In this document: positions 39,431 through 52,450 of the stretch, piece by piece
How the letters are laid out: each line of letters opens with the position of its first letter
How positions within the stretch are numbered: the stretch's first letter is position 1
Assembly (NCBI GenBank): GCA_951406725.2
Contig: OX597834.1
Span: 44,020,001 to 44,084,000 of the forward strand
Origin: Octopus vulgaris
Lineage: Eukaryota
DNA: 64,000 nt
Direction: 5' to 3'
Notes under the pieces: model-generated
Told to the model about the DNA's origin: nothing
The model's database searches: none
The model's input: the letters and a program-made list of their open reading frames with translations, nothing else
Made by a program: the position numbers and the translations under genes

Positions 39431-39915
39431 TATACTGCACCAACCACCACCACCATCACCGACACACCTTGTGACCCCACATCCAACACTATACTCTAAC
39501 CCCTTCAATAAACACTAAAAAAAAAACAAACAAAAAAAAATGGAGAGGTAGATATGTCAGAATAGATGGGGATGGGTGAAAGAGAGAGGTCGCAATTGCT
39601 GGGAGAGAAATGCCTTAGTATAAATCCGAGAGAGCTGTCACAATAAACGGGAAGGGAACAGGTCACATTTGAAAGGAAGTCAGAGACAGACGGACAGAAC
39701 CCCCCCCCCCCCCCTCTCTCTCTCTTAATTGTGCTGTATTTTACTTTTTACCTTTACGCTTTCTCTCCTCCTGCTTCTTTACAAAGAGTAAACTCACCTG
39801 TAAAATAACGAGAAAAAGGTGTTTCACTCACTTCCTGATCGTTCTATTGCTTTGTCCCAGGTCAGCTCTGATACAGCAAAAAAAAAAAAACGATTTAGTT
39901 GTACCGTGTCTCCCC

Positions 39916-39950
<35 letters not shown>

Positions 39951-40116
39951 ATGTTATATCTAAACCTCATACAATGGACAGAAAGGTAAAAAAATTACCT
40001 TAGAGAAGCGCTCAGCAATATTAAAGAGGAAAAAACCTTTCTTTTCTTTTTGCGATATGCAAAGCGCTTTTCAGGATAATTTCTAAGTCACGATATCTTA
40101 CTTTTTTTATCCTTTA

Positions 40117-40508
40117 CTAGCAGTATCACCCGGCGTTGCTCGGGTTTGTTTCGACCCTTTAGAATTGTGATTTTTGAAAAGTAAAAATTTTGCATGATGT
40201 AGTTTGTTATTCTCTTTAAGTGAACATTTTTCTGGTTGAAATACACCGAAAAATGGCGACACAGCTGTAAAAAAAATCGTAAAAAATAGGGATTTGCATA
40301 GAAAAAAAAAGCACCTTTTTGATGTAAATAATTTTTGGAGTTAACATGGTCCGATTTGAATTTTTTCTTCAGCGGAAGGAAGAGCAAGCCATCTATCATA
40401 TTCATAATTTTGGTCAACTTGCGCCGCAGGGTCTCGAGGGAGATAGTGTTAGTTGAAGGCTACCAAACCTGCCATAAACAGACAACTTCAGCTTTATATA
40501 GAGAGAGA
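40117..40508 (-). mobile_element. Complete non-autonomous Helitron, second copy
   Basis: Reverse complement of 4390-4785; A|TC...cccgagcaacgccggg...CTAG|T. Confidence 0.9.
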
Positions 40509-41250
40509 TTTGTTTCAGTCACTGGACTGCAGACATGCATGGGCACCACCTTGGAGTATTTAGTATTTGAACAAACTGACTCCACCCCCAGTTTGTATTT
40601 TCAAAAGTCTGGTACATATTCTATCAGATCACTTTTCCCGAACCGTTAAGTTACGGCACGTAAATAAACCAACACCGGCCAACTTCGTAGAATGTGCTTC
40701 GCTGAGGTAGTGTAATAATACCCATACATACTCACTACCTTCGTCTGTTCGTTACTAAGAATGGATCAGAGTCACCCCCACCATAATCTGCATTATCTAT
40801 CGCTTCCCCCAAACAGAGTTATTAGCCCCACCTTTTTTTTGTTGCTTAAAATCTCAATTCTCTGAGTTTTTCTAATTGTATATGAATATTCTCAGTTGAA
40901 CGCAAGCGGCATTTTCTTTATCAATAGGATAGGCATTTGGTTAATATTTCCACCGGGATTGACCACCGCATAGAGTAGTGGATCTCAACCGGGGTCCATA
41001 TGATCCTTGGGGGCTCGGATAAAATCACTGATAGAGTGATGGACAAACAAGTTTGAACAACTGAATTTCAGTAGCAGCCGACGGGCTTCTTGCACTCGCA
41101 GAGACGTATTTAACAGGCAAGTGATTTTGATCTGAGACCGTGTGTTGAAACTCGAACGATTGCATCATAAAAGACACCAGTTCGCCATTCAGAGACACGC
41201 GAAGACTTAACTTACTCAAACATTTATTGTTCGTTTTTTTTTTTTTTTTT

Positions 41251-41358
41251 TAATATGGCGTCAACATTTTCGTCGCTCGAAACTGCGACCTTGGTCACTG
41301 ACATCGTGAGAGACAGTGCGTAGCAGGTTCAAGCGACGAAAATTCTGATGCCATATTA
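41251..41358. other. 108-nt imperfect inverted repeat (mini-MITE or RNA hairpin)
   Basis: 41251-41286 pairs with 41323-41358 at 31/36 Watson-Crick positions. Confidence 0.75.
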
Positions 41359-41427
41359 CAACTTACCAGACTTAGAAATAAAAAAATAAAAAAGGACTAG
41401 AATCGATTTATTTCACTAAACCCGTCG

Positions 41428-41485
41428 AAGCGGTGCTCCAGCATGGCCGCAGTCATCTGACTGCGGCCATGCTGGAGCACCGCTT
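41428..41485. repeat. Perfect 28-bp palindrome from tail-to-tail SINE B ends
   Basis: aagcggtgctccagcatggccgcagtca-tc-tgactgcggccatgctggagcaccgctt. Confidence 0.9.
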
Positions 41486-42087
41486 TCAGGAGTTTTAGTT
41501 GAACACATCGACCCCAACGCTTTGGTCGGCCCAAGGCTATAGAAGACATTTGCCCAAGACGTCTCTTAGTGAAACTGAACCCGGAACCACAAACAAGCAG
41601 AATCATTTGCGCATCGGGAAAATGCTTTGCGGTATTTCTTCCGGTTCTTCACACACTGGGTTCAAATTCCGGTGAGGTTAACTTTGCCTATCATCTCTCA
41701 AGGATCGTTTGGAATAAAGAACGAGTCAAGTAGGAGTTCAATGTAATCGGCGGGCTCCCTCCTCCAAATCTCAGACCTTAACAGAAACAAATAGATCAAG
41801 GGACAATCAAGAAGACGCTGGAACACGTACCTCCCATCAAATTTGTCTTTCCCCAAAGTAAGATGAAGAAGATTTGGTTGCTATTTCTAGCGGGTCGGTT
41901 GGCCACATAACGGCCGCCTTTCTCATGGTTCATCCTTATTTGTTTCGTTGTTAATAGTTAAACTTAAACCGTACCCATTAACAGATGTCAGTATATACAA
42001 GAGAACTGTTAGCAGGGTAGGTAGGGTGGCGGCGGCAAAACGGCAGAAGCAACAGGATGGGCCGAGAGAAGAGGGGACGAGGACAGA

Positions 42088-42118
<31 letters not shown>

Positions 42119-42271
42119 TGTAAAACATTCCAAATATTTCATTTGGAGGAAATCAGGTTTTAAAGTAATTATAGCCCATTCAGGAGGTACACAAATATTT
42201 ATTTTATATCCTCGCTACCAGCCGAGACACCTTCCTACCCCGTGTGTGTGTGTGTGTCTGGTTATCTATGC

Positions 42272-42329
<58 letters not shown>

Positions 42330-42589
42330 AAGAGGTAGTAAGGCGAGAGGGGAAGAGGCGAAATACATGGAGAAAGGAAAGACAGTAAAAAGCGCTGTAT
42401 CCCGATCACTCGACAGGAGGAGGAAGAGGAGAGAAAAGACGAGACAGAGATAGAAAGAGGGAGAAGAGGACGAGATGAGAGGAAGGGAGAAACGGAGCGA
42501 GAGTAAGGCTGAACAGCAGAAGTTCTCAACCATGCCCCCCACCTTTGATTCCTGTTTAACTGATATGGAGCCCCATAGCCTTTCGTTGC

Positions 42590-42938
42590 ATACTCTTACT
42601 CTTTTTTCAGTCATTTCACTGTGGCCATGCTGGAGCACCGTCTTTAGTTGAGAAAATCGACCCCCAGGACTTATTCTTTGTAAGCCTAGTACTTATACCA
42701 TCGGTCTCTCTTGCCGAACCGCTAAGTTACGGGGACATAAACACACCAGCATCGGTTGTCAAGCGATGTTGGGGGGGGGGGACAAACACAGACACACAAA
42801 CACACGTTGGGCTTGTTTTTGTTTCCATCTACCAAATCTGCTGGCTATAGTAGAAGACACTCGCTGAAGGTGCCACGCAGTGGAACTGAACCCAGAACCA
42901 TGAGGTTAGAAAGCAAGCTCCTTATTACACAGCCACAC
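42590..42938 (-). mobile_element. SINE family B
   Basis: Colinear reverse complement of the reference copy, with a small internal deletion. Confidence 0.85.
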
Positions 42939-43364
42939 CAGATACGTTTATTATATGTGTGTGTGTGCGTGTGTGTGTTTTTCAATAAACAGCGGGGGTG
43001 GGGGGAAGAATAAATTATATCGATATCACCAACCGATTGCTTATTTTATCGACAGCGCCAATGCGAAAAGCTAAGTCGCCATCGATGAGATTGGCATCCA
43101 GACAGTAAAAGAAACTAAACCTCCATTTTCTCTTAAACTTATCGATCTTCTACCACTGGTTCTGGCAAACCATTTTACCATTTTAAAACGTACAGCGAGC
43201 TGACCCGCTACCACCACCACCACCACCACCACTATCGCCACCCTGGGGTGTTTGACGATGTCTCTAAGTCCTGAATTCAATTCCTCGCCCAGTTCTGCTT
43301 AGTATTTTATCCTTCCGAAGCTGATATGCGCTCAATGGAATCGACTGTCTTCGAGAAGACAGTA

Positions 43365-43679
43365 AACGGTAAAAGACCCCTTTCGGTCTTGAATGACCAT
43401 GGGATTACACCTAGAAAGTTCCCCTCCAAGGCACGAGTCCAAGCAAGGTTGTTACCATGCATACCACCCTCCCCATTTCCACGCCACTGATGTTATCCAA
43501 GGGAAAGGCAAAGGGGCCGATACAGGCTTGGCACCAGTGACGTCACAACTCATTTCTACAGCTGAGTGAACTGGAGCAACGTGAAGAAAAGATCCGTATC
43601 TCGTTCAAGTACACAGGACACAGCCCGGTCCGGGAATTGAACTCATAACCTCACGATTGTAAGCCCAACGCCTTCACCT
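43365..43679 (-). mobile_element. SINE family A
   Basis: Reverse complement of 1638-1973; 11-bp TSD agaagacagta (43354-43364, 43680-43690). Confidence 0.88.
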
Positions 43680-43744
43680 AGAAGACAGTACCGTCGCTCA
43701 AACGAGATCAGTCCAATAAAAGAAATTGATCTGTGCGTGTGTGT

Positions 43745-43876
43745 GTACTCGCGCATCCGCGCAAGCTAGTCGTGACTAGTCGATCCTTACTTTGTGTTTT
43801 TGTGTTTTATTTCCTTTGCTGGGTAGTCGTTGTAGGATCGACTAGTCACGACTAGCTAGCACGGATGCGCGAGTAC
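43745..43876. other. CpG-rich 43-bp inverted repeat with a 46-nt T-rich spacer
   Basis: 43745-43787 pairs with 43834-43876 at 41/43 positions. Confidence 0.85.
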
Positions 43877-44861
43877 GCGAGTGCGCGCACCGGGACCACT
43901 CTTGTTAAGTAGTACCGGAACGTGATAGAGAGGAAAGGTGTGGGGAGGTGGATAATAAATGGAAGAGCGAGGCGGCCAAAGCCAAGGAATTTTTGTCTGG
44001 TCGTTTATCAATGTTTTCGAAATAGCTACCTGCACGGCAGATTAGGAGTAATCTAGTGTTGACAATGAAGATATTGGCTGGATTTACCATAATGGAGTTG
44101 ATAGACAGAGAGAGATACAGGAATAGAGGGCGATAGTGTACGTGTTAGAACGAGAGAAAGTGGGAAAAAAAACAGAATGCATGCTTAGAGAGAGAGAGAG
44201 GGGGAGGAAGAGAGAGAAAGAGTGAAGCGATAGGGGCAGAGAGAGAGAGAGAGAGGAGCAATGATAGCGATTACGTCACCTTTCACTGACGCACGGACAG
44301 TGGACAGAGATGTAGCTGAGACGTGGACGGAGAAGATTGCATTTATACACACGGACATACATGCATATTTTTCTCTCTCTCCATCTCACACACACATACA
44401 GAGTTCTGATTTGCACAATCGGAACGCAAATTAACAATTAAGAGGAAAGAAGGGGAGGAAGAGAGAGAGAGAGAGAGGTGGTGTGAGTAAAATGTTTGTG
44501 ATAGAAATATACAGAAGAAAGAAAAAAAGAAGAAAAAAAGAAAGTGTGACGATAAATATTCGATAAATTGCGTAGACAAAGAGAAAGATATTGTTTAGTA
44601 AGGAGAGAGAGAGAGAGAGAGAAACGGTCGGGTGGGGAAGGAGAGATGAAAGGAAAAATTGAGAATGTAAAAAGAAAGAAAGGAAAATGGTTAGAATATA
44701 TTGAGAAAGGACGAGAGGGAGAAGGGTGAGAGAAAGTTTAAGAAAAAAATAATAATGAATGAAGGCGAAAAGTGAAGAGTCCAAGTTCGATTGCCAAATC
44801 GAACGGTCGTTCGATAAAGTCGTAATTTAGTCTCAAGTCAAAAATAAATTGAACAGAACTA

Positions 44862-45255
44862 TCTTTTACTTTTTACTTATTACAGGCATTAGACTGCGGC
44901 CATGCTGGGTCACCGCCGCGAAAAAGTATTTAGCGGAAATAAATCGACCTCAGTCCTTTTATTTTTCAAGCCTGGTACTTTTTTCGATCGGTCTCTTTTT
45001 GCCGAACCATTAAGTCACTGGGACGTAAAAAAAACACCAACACTGGTTGGGGACAAACACAGACGCAAAGATATATATACATATATATATATGATGGACT
45101 TCTTTCAGTTTCCGTCTACCAAATCCTCTCAGAATACTTTGGCCAGTCCAAGGCTGTAGCAGAGGACATTTGCCAATGGAACCCTGCAGTTGGAACTGAA
45201 CCCGGAACCGTGTAGTTGAGAAGCAAGCTTCTTACCACACAGCCATGCCTACGTC
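44862..45255 (-). mobile_element. SINE family B
   Basis: Reverse complement from tail to head (cttcttaccacacagccatgcc). Confidence 0.82.
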
Positions 45256-46885
45256 TATAAGAAAAAGTTTCAGCCGTAGCCATTTTTTTTTTCTTCCATT
45301 CACTGTGATTTTGGTTCTAAATTATCCATTGTGGACATTTTTAAAGACAATGTGATGTGAGGTGACGAAAAATTTCACATATATGTTAAGCAGATGGAAT
45401 CACCTACTATCTTTCGTTGTATGGTCCACCCTTATCTAAGGCGGTAGGCGTCGGTTTGAACGAGTTTTGGCTGCTATTTCTAACAGAAATTGTTTTTTTT
45501 TGTTCGAGAATGTTTTCGATTAGGAAGTTTTGCTTCTAACCACGTGGTTCGGAAGCTTTTTTGTTGTTTTCTTTTTTCTTTTCGGCCTCTGATCGATCGA
45601 CGTCTTCATGAGAGTAGAATCCAGCCAGAAGTAAGACCACCCCGTGTCACTGGCAATACGGTATAAATAGATGTTGGTTTAAAATGTAACAAGCATCGGT
45701 TAAGTAAGAGCTAGAATGAAGTAAATATTTGGCTTGAAACCCTCAGAGACAAAGCTTTGGTATTATCGAGGGTCAAATGACAAAAAAAAACAAAACAATA
45801 AAACAGAATCCAGTTCTGCAAGATAAATGATGATGAGGCCACAGTAGAAGACACTTGCCAGGCCAAGGAACTACGCATGGGAGTGAACCCGGAACCATGG
45901 AGGTGGGTGGCAAGGTTCTTACCACACAACCATGTCTGCGTCCACACACACATATATATATATACATATATAATACTCACCGCAGGAAAGCTAGTGGAGG
46001 ATAGATCGGAGCCAAATAACATCGAATATATGTTTTTAAATGTTGCATTGCAGACTTTTAAATATATTTCTAAATTACGAACAATATTGGAAGAAAGAGA
46101 TAATAGATCGAAGATAAACAGGAATAAAAGAAAGAAAAAAAAAAAAAGAAAGAATTAAAATAGAGAGGAGAGAAAAAAAGTGGGACCCCATAATTAAGAC
46201 AAAAGAGAGAAAGCGAAAGGGTGAATGGGAAAGTCGATAGCAATTCGGAAATCAGAATGAAGAAGAGTTTGGTTAAGAGAGCGGCAGGGGGGGGGAGTAG
46301 GGGGGGGGGGGAAACATCGTGTTTTGGTTATGTGCTTAGGTTGGAAAGTTTTCTGGGAGTTGAAGATAAAATGAGAAATGAGACAAGATCAATGTACGAC
46401 TGAAAGAACTAATAAATAATATATTACCGATACTAAAACTCACTTGTAGCAACTGGTAGAAGGGTTCTAGTCACGTTAATGTTACATACCAACATTATAT
46501 ATATATATATATATATATATATTCTTTTATGTTTCAGTTATTTGACTGCGGCCATGCTGGAGCACCGCCTTTAGTCGAGCAAACTGAATCCAGGACTTTT
46601 TTCTTTGTAATCCTAGTACTTATTCTATCGGGCTCTTTTGCCGAACCGCTAAGTTACGGAGACGTAAACACACCAGCATCGGTTGTCAAGCGATGATGGG
46701 GAGACAAATAAGGACACACAAACAGACACACGTGTGCGCACACACACACACATATATATGGTAGATGAGTTCAGCAAAAATTTAGATTCAGATATGGTAT
46801 TTAAGTTGAGACACCAGAATTTAGTACGGTATGATCCATACAATCTCGAAAATAAGGTGATTAAAATCAAAATAAGCTTATTTTG

Positions 46886-47045
<160 letters not shown>

Positions 47046-48368
47046 TATGTAGAAAAATACAAGCTGGTACAAGAACGTAAAACATTTAGAAGACGATACA
47101 AAAAACACGGATCATCCTCGCAATTTCGGCTGATTAGACGGCCCGAGGCAATAGGTGAAGACACTAGCCCAAGTGGGACTGAACTCGAGAACCATGTGGT
47201 TGGTAAGCAAGCTACTTACCACACAGCCACTCCCGCGATATTTCAAAAATTTAACAAAAGCACAACGGAAGGTGTTACAAGAACATAACAAACAGAAAAT
47301 TCGCAGCTAATTCCTCATCAGTCAACGTCCAAAAGCATCATTACAATTTCGCGCCGTTAACATTTGAATATGAATGTAACGAGACACACACGTGTATGTG
47401 CGCGCGGATGCATAAGAAAGCAAGTTGAAAACTAAAATAACGATTTAATATTGATAAAACTAAGTCCTTAGGGGAGCGTGTATGCATGTTCCTATGTATA
47501 CACACGTGTGTGGGTGCTTGTATGTATATACATACATATATGTATATACATACAAATATGTATGTATCTATGTGTGTATGTATGAATGTAAGTAAGCCTA
47601 CACATGCACGTGTGTGTACGTGAAGGTGTTTTTAATTTATTTTAAAGCTCATAGATAACTCACAAGTGTTGCGACTCTCGCAGAAGCAGTCGAGACTTAA
47701 TCCTCACAAAATGTCATCGGGTTCAAATTAAGGGTTTTATTTTAGCTTTAATGCTGACAGGATTTAATACGCTCTTAAGATTGGTTCGCCAGCCACGATG
47801 ACGCGCCACGTTGCCACAATCAAAATATCCTTTTTTTTTCTAAAAACACAACTTTTTAACTTAATTTGCTTTTCGATTCTTTTTCTTTTAGCGTTGTGTG
47901 TGTGTGTGTGTGTGCGCATGTGTAAAGAATAAATTCCTAACCAAATGACATTGAGCAACGTCCATGCATGTTTTTTTTTTCTTTTTAAGGGCCTACATGG
48001 CTGAGAGAGGCAGTTATCTAGACCTTACCATATCGAATCCTTGTTGAGCTCCAAGAGGGGAGTTAGTGGTGGTGTTAAACCGAGTTAACGAACGAAGTGT
48101 ACCATTTGTAATTACTTCAATTACAAGTATTTTCAAACATACACAGAGCAGTCCCTTAACATAGCAACTTGTGAAAATTATAAAACGAGGTTCGCTAACT
48201 CAGACCGCTATTAGTTTCCACATACCCTTGTTTTTATTTGCAGGACTTTTAATAGTAATAGATATTCCATCCCATTGGTAAATAATACATTGAAACCAAG
48301 CTACTTAAGCTACTAGCATAAATACCTACAAATCATCGTTGGAACTGACAAAATATAGTATTTAAAAT

Positions 48369-48712
48369 CAGTTAAAGAAATCGAAATACCAAGACTTGGT
48401 CGACGAGGCCCACGTCAAAGAGTGGCTTCATGCGGCCTCATTCCCCATTGAAATCGGGTGCCGCGGCTCTGTCTGGGTCATTATGCTATTTTCTGCAGAA
48501 GATAGATCTGGGAGCCAGGCATCTGAAGAAAGCCATTTAGGACATTGGCACGGCAGCTGAAATTAGCTCAAGATGGCTATGGTTGGTAAGAGACCGCAAG
48601 CAGAACCCTTCTGGAGTTGGATACTAGCTCAGTCCTCGATGTCCAACTCAATGAAGCATACAGGCTAAGGAGCGAAACGCTCGTGACCCGGGATATTTGC
48701 TGACGATATGGT
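48369..48712 (+). mobile_element. HERO-like (restriction-like endonuclease) non-LTR retrotransposon C-terminus plus 3' UTR, disrupted
   Basis: Translates KKSKYQDLVDEAHVKEWLHAASFPIEIGCRG, then after a frameshift SLCYFLQKIDLGARHLKKAI*DIGTAAEISSRWLWLVR...GY* (stop 48625-48627). This matches my recollection of the HERO motif KY..LV..C...GW....PIEVGCRG...AAE..SRWLW..R. Confidence 0.75.
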
Positions 48713-49289
48713 AAGGTTTCTAGCATTGTAATGGATTTAAAAGAGCTTGCAAAAACTCTGAGTAGCTCCTGCAATTTCTGCTCGGGGTAAAGTATCTCTG
48801 GTATTTATCTCATCTCATTTAACATCGATGAATAACAGATGGAACCAAACTACGAACTACTACCACAAATGTACAAATCGTCGTTAGACCTGACAGAAAA
48901 ATAGCATTTAAAATCAGCCCTATTTCACACAGCATCGTCTTCAAAAGAAGCAAAATGGATTCATTAGATAATGTTGTCCTCCTGTGTATTATATCTGATG
49001 AAAATAGGGAGCAGTCATGGTTGGAACACCTTTGATCCAAGGTCTGGTTATGCAAGTTGACAACATCAGCGACAGCTGCAAACCCTATCGTTGCGACATC
49101 AAAGAGCCAGCTGTGCTAAGTATGAAGTATTAAAAAATAATTACTTAATTAATTGTAAATAGCTAATTTGTACATATTATACACACGTTATTAAATAAAT
49201 ACTATAGGTAATATCGCATTTATGAGAGCTAGTCTAGACTGGGTAGCGGACAGGTAGGGGAAGGCGACCTACTTAGGGCCAAGAATTAA

Positions 49290-49765
49290 GACGGTTTCTT
49301 CCCATTTCTTGTGCCTTGTATAAATCGATAATAGTGACCCCACTACTCAACTTGTACTTATTTTATCGACCTTGGAAGGATGAAAATGCAAAACCGACCT
49401 TGGCGGAATTTGAAGTCAGAAAGCAAAGAAGGACGAAATTGTATTTAGTTAGGCAAGTTAACTATACTGCCAGTTCACCACTTTACTGAGCCTTATATAT
49501 TCTTTTCTACTCCAGACATAAGGCCCGAAACTTCGGCGATATTTGAACTCAGAAATCACAAGGGGCTAAACACAAGGAGGACAGACAAACGGATTAAGTC
49601 GATTACATCGACCTTAGTGCGTAACTGGTACTTATTTAATCGACCCCGAAAGGATGAAAGACAAAGTCGACCTCGGCGGAATTTGAACTCAGAACGTAAC
49701 GGCAGACGAAATACGGCTACGCATTTCGCCCGGCGTGCTAACGATTCTGCCAGCTTGCCGCCTTA
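49290..49765 (-). mobile_element. Cluster of SINE family C units
   Basis: Young unit at 49555-49765 plus older or partial units. Confidence 0.82.
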
Positions 49766-49766
49766 G

Positions 49767-49804
<38 letters not shown>

Positions 49805-50082
49805 CGCATGTATAGAATTTTTTAAAAAGAAATTGGAAAACTTTATTTCTTAAACTTATCACCTGACAAAATACATTGATATTATTTATAAATACATACA
49901 AACAGATGCACAAACAGATGCACGCACACACCCACGCACACACACACACACAAGCAGGCAAGTTGCTTATACATATGCACATGTTAAACGAGCACAAGGA
50001 CAAATTTTAATTAAAAAATTACAATAATGATCACAGCTGGTGAGAGTAGTCGCACATGTGGATACATACGCTGCTTGCATGC

Positions 50083-50211
<129 letters not shown>

Positions 50212-50355
50212 TTCTAAACACACACAATATTTTACTCAGACGTATATACATTTCTATATACAGACATACACACGTGTGTGTATGTGCATACATAGATATG
50301 CATATAAACACCCCACCACGTACACAATCCAAACATACGCACGTGTACATACATT

Positions 50356-50697
50356 GCTGAGACCCCCGCTTCGGTCATGACTGACCAAGGGATTGCACCT
50401 AGAAAGTTACTCTCCCAGGCACAAGTCCGGGCAAGGTTGTTTATGGAAGACCAGCAGTTGCCCATGCATACCAGCCTCCCCTCTCCATGCCATCAGTGTT
50501 ATCCAAGGGAAAGGGCAAAGGGGCCGATACAGCTTGGCACCTATGACGTCGCAACTCATTTCTACAGCTGAGTGAATTGGAGCAACGTGAAATAAAGTGT
50601 CTTGCTCAAGAACACAACACGCAGCCCCGTCCAGGATTCGAACTCACAACCTCACGATCGTAAGCTTGATGCTCTAACCACTGAGTCATGCGCCTTC
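50356..50697 (-). mobile_element. SINE family A, full length
   Basis: Reverse complement of 1638-1973; TSD acatacatt (50347-50355, 50698-50706). Confidence 0.88.
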
Positions 50698-52257
50698 ACA
50701 TACATTATATATATATATTTATGCACACACATACGTCATCTATTCTTGCATGGGTTTAACAGGGTTGACCAAGTCGAAGGACTGTTTAAGCATGGTGTCT
50801 ACGGCTGGATGCTCTTTCTAATGCCAAACACTTTGCAAGGTGCACGTAGCATATTTTATTTTAAGGCACCAACACCAACGAGGTTGTCATGTAATTCGCA
50901 AGACCAGAGAGACTGCTTGACTGAATGGGGAGTATAGTAGAGAGAGAGGAGAAGGAGGAAGATTTATGCAAAGTGTTGAGAGGTTGAAGTATGATAGAGG
51001 AAAGGAAATGGGTTTGTTGGTGTAGAGGAGATGCATGGCTACCCCCATATTAAGAGCGACTGAGGAGGAGCTGGAAGAGAGATGACAGGGGGTACACTGC
51101 AGGTACACAGACACGCAACATACACCTTAACCAGCACCGAGATCAGACAGTTAAAATAGTCAAAATACATTCTATACTTTTCCTGTGAAAAGACCCTAAA
51201 TTTAAATTTTGGATTTTGATTTTAATTCACCTGAAGAAAGCGTTTTTTTTTTTAGGAAGATTTGGTAGCTGTTTCAGCAAACAAAGTGATCGCAGAGAAA
51301 CCTCCCTCATTATCTACAAGTGTAAGAGCACTGGTCATAATAGTAGATGTTTAGCCTAGTATCAGCCTTAACTGAGCGAATTTATAATCAAGGGTGTTCC
51401 AGCCATGCCCAACAATGAAGACACTTCTAAATGGTTACTCACTATAGTAGAAACAACAGAAAAATTCTTACTCCTTCCTCAGTGGTTTACATCCTCTTCT
51501 TATACTGATTATGGATTGGACAGGGTCAACATGTCCCAGATTATTTTTAAACCAAATCTCCATCATCCTAGAAGGACCACACAACTACATCTGGCGGTCT
51601 GTTTCGATTTTAGCTTAGCTTTCTTTAATTTATGGCTGGATGCCATTCCTATCACCAACCACTTTACATAGCGCAGTCTGAACACATTATTATGGCACAA
51701 GCATTAGAGAGGTCGTCATGTCCACTGCAACACTACAAAGTCAGGTTACTACACGATACACCTGTTTAATACTTTGGTTAGAAAACATAACCCAAACATC
51801 TTCAAGACAAAGAAGGACTCGACGGAAAAGGTGCCCAAATAGTAGTAGTAGTAATAGTAGTAGTATAGCTGCATATTGACCTGTCAAGCACAGTGCAAAA
51901 CCCACGTTAAAATCCATTATGTCGAGCAAGCAACTGCTTCTTTAGAGCAACACCAGTTGAGCTCTGTACAGCGGAACGACAACACCTGACAACACCTGTG
52001 ACATGGGACTTTCCAGCAGGTGTTATTTCTCTTTATTTTCCTATCAAATTACATTCGTCCGTTTAGCTTGTTAATAGATGTCATGAAATCAAACTGAAGA
52101 GAGAGAGATCTTCAATAAAAGTGGATACACATTCCAACATATAAGCCTTAGTTTTTTGCACTTCAGAAGTTAGACTCATACATACATGCATATACATATA
52201 CACACACTATATACACGCACACACACACACACCTGGATTCATACCAGGTTTCAAATT

Positions 52258-52450
52258 TCAAATTTCGGCACAAGGACAATAATTTTGGGGTGGTGGGGAG
52301 GAAGTCAAATACTTTGGCTCCAGTTCTCATTTGGTACCGATTTTATTGACTCCAAAAGGAATGAAAAGGAAAATCAACCTCAACAGAATTTGAATTCAGA
52401 ACATAAAAATGGACGAAATGCCGCTAAGCATTTTGCCAGTTCATTGCCTT
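52258..52450 (-). mobile_element. SINE family C, degenerate
   Basis: ggcacaagg...agaatttgaattcagaac...gccgctaagcattttgcc. Confidence 0.65.

Noticed and set aside
48244-48277. 34-nt phase-1 exon candidate (GLLIVIDIPSH), and a similar 35-nt one at 39951-39985
   Set aside because: Weak donors (gtaaat, gtaaaa), and both would shift the frame relative to 57213-57260.
48499-48585. Host exon (ttttctgcag ... gtaaga)
   Set aside because: Stops in all three frames; better explained as the HERO-like LINE remnant.
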